Source: Hypanus sabinus
Taxonomy: Eukaryota
Direction of reading: 5' to 3'
Assembly (NCBI RefSeq): GCF_030144855.1
Contig: NC_082711.1
Span: forward strand, 109,182,001-109,246,000
DNA length: 64,000 bases
In this document: positions 62,401 through 64,000 of the stretch, one piece after another
How positions within the stretch are numbered: the stretch's first letter is position 1
Layout of the letters: the number at the start of each line of letters is the position of its first letter
Program-made: the position numbers and the translations under genes
The notes under the pieces: model-generated
Database searches by the model: none
What the model was told of the DNA's origin: nothing
Seen by the model: the letters and a program-made list of their open reading frames with translations, nothing else

Positions 62401-62989
62401 CCTGCAGACTTTGGTCTGGGAGAGGACCCTGACATCGGTTCATTTATCCTTCCGGTGAATTTGGAGGATTTTACGGAGACCCAGCAGCAGGTTGTTCAGG
62501 CCTAAGAAGGGCAGGGATCATTGCTGCTTCATGCAGCACGAGATTAAGAAACATCCATGATCCTGACCTTCAAATAACTTCGCACTCAAGTGAAACCTAC
62601 AAAGTAGTGACACATTTCACCGTCAAGATCTGCATTCACAGAGACGTGGCTGTCAGGATAGGGAAGGTAGAAGGACAGTTGTGTCCCAGTAATTATGTGG
62701 GTTCATCAACAAAGCTAACCATACCATTCGGGCATGAAGTGTAATACTTAATACCGCCTACCAGTCGAGACTTCAGGTAGTCGAAACTGTACCAAACAGA
62801 CCAGGCCCGCCTCAGGTTCAATCTCTTCTTTAGCTGGGCATCGCAATTGCTTCCAATAGTTCAAAACAGTAATAAGACCTAGGAGCAGAATTTGGCCTTT
62901 CAGACCATCGAATCTGCTCCATCATTTCATTATTATCCCTCTCAACCCCGTTCTCCTGCTTTCACCCTGTAACCCTTGATACCCTGACT

Positions 62990-64000
62990 ATTCACGGAAA
63001 TATACTCAATGACTTGGCCTGGACTGCCTTCTGTAACAAAGAATTCCCCAGATTCACCACCCTCTGAAGACATTTTCCCTCATCTCTGTTCCAAATGGAT
63101 GTCCCTCCATTTTGAGGCTGTGCCCTCAGTGCCTAAATTCCCACACTTTAGGAAATATCCACTGCACATCCATTCTATCCAGTCCTTTCAATGTTTGATA
63201 GATTATCTCCAGCACGTATAGGCCCTGAGCTATCAAGCACTCCTCGTATGTTAACCCTTTCATTCCCGGGATTATTCTCATGAACATCCTCCAGGTCCTC
63301 TCCAACATCAGCACATCCTTTCTTTGATAAGGCGTCCAAAGCTATTCACAATACTCCACGTGAGGCCTCACCAGTGCCTTATAAAGCTTTAGTATTACAT
63401 CTCTGCTTTAGTATTCTACTCCTCTTGTAATGAATACTAACATTGCAATTGCCTTCCTCACCACCAAATTAACCTTTAGGGAATTCTGCACAAGGACTAT
63501 GAAGTCCCTCTGCACCTCAGATTTTTTAAAAATTTCTCCATGTTTACAAAATAGACCACACCATTATTGCTTCTACCCAAGTGTATGGCCACACACTGCC
63601 CTACATCATATTCCATCTGCCACTTCTTTGCCCATTCTCCCAATCTGTCTAAATCCTTCTACAGACACCATGCTTCCTCAACACTACCTGCTCTTCCATC
63701 AATCTATGTATCTTCTGCAAACTTGGCCGTAAAGCCAACAATTCCTTCATCCAAATCAGTGACATAGAGCATGAAAAGAAGCAGTCCTAAATCTGACCCC
63801 TGTGGCAAACTATAAGTCATTGGCAGCCAATCAGTAAAGGCTCCCTTTATTCCCACTGTTTGTCTTCTGCCAGTCAACCAATCTTCTATCCCTCCAGGTA
63901 TCTTTCCTGTAATGCCATGGGCTCTCATTTTGTTAAGCAGTCTCACACAGGGTATCTCATTAAAAGCCTTCTGAAAATCCAAATACACAACATCCATAGA
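62990..64000 (-). mobile_element. CR1 LINE RT fragment running off the window
   Basis: Minus ORFs: MDVVYLDFQKAFNEIP...QGSDLGLLLFMLYVTDLDEG...KFAEDT; MRIIPGMKGLTYEE. Confidence 0.85.

Noticed and set aside
50200-64000. TSPO2 or UNC5CL exons expected from human synteny
   Set aside because: No TSPO, ZU5 or death-domain motifs recognised by eye; a tblastn search is needed to exclude short diverged exons.
1-64000. CRISPR array, prophage, viral insert or operon-like system
   Set aside because: No regularly spaced direct repeats or gene-dense segment; all long ORFs are explained by LINE, Penelope or Tc1 elements or the two host genes.

Overview
Vertebrate genomic DNA, about 40% GC by eye. The repeat content (CR1 LINEs, V-SINE-like SINEs, Penelope fold-backs, Rex/Babar LINEs) points to a cartilaginous fish, probably a ray; this is an inference. 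Two host genes are recognisable and convergent, as in human. OARD1/TARG1 is on +, with its last three coding exons at 1338-1396, 4105-4217 and 4476-4683; earlier exons lie left of the window. APOBEC2 is on -, with a complete 215-aa CDS: exon 1 at 50016-49904, a 22.9-kb intron, exon 2 at 26954-26420, then a splice donor 4 nt after the stop. Most of the remainder is transposon debris: CR1, Rex/Babar, two L1 families, Penelope-like elements, a Tc1, hAT MITEs and SINEs. The most notable observations are: (i) Penelope-derived fold-backs with a reconstructable minimal hammerhead ribozyme; (ii) apparent stop-codon loss adding 35 aa to OARD1; (iii) an L1 with both ends, TSDs and intact ORF1 but no endonuclease domain; (iv) a four-level nested transposon stack in APOBEC2 intron 1; (v) two candidate downstream terminal exons whose open frames weakly resemble the APOBEC C-terminus. 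I found no CRISPR array, rRNA, true tRNA or prokaryotic/viral system. Repeat boundaries and family names are by eye; no database search was run.
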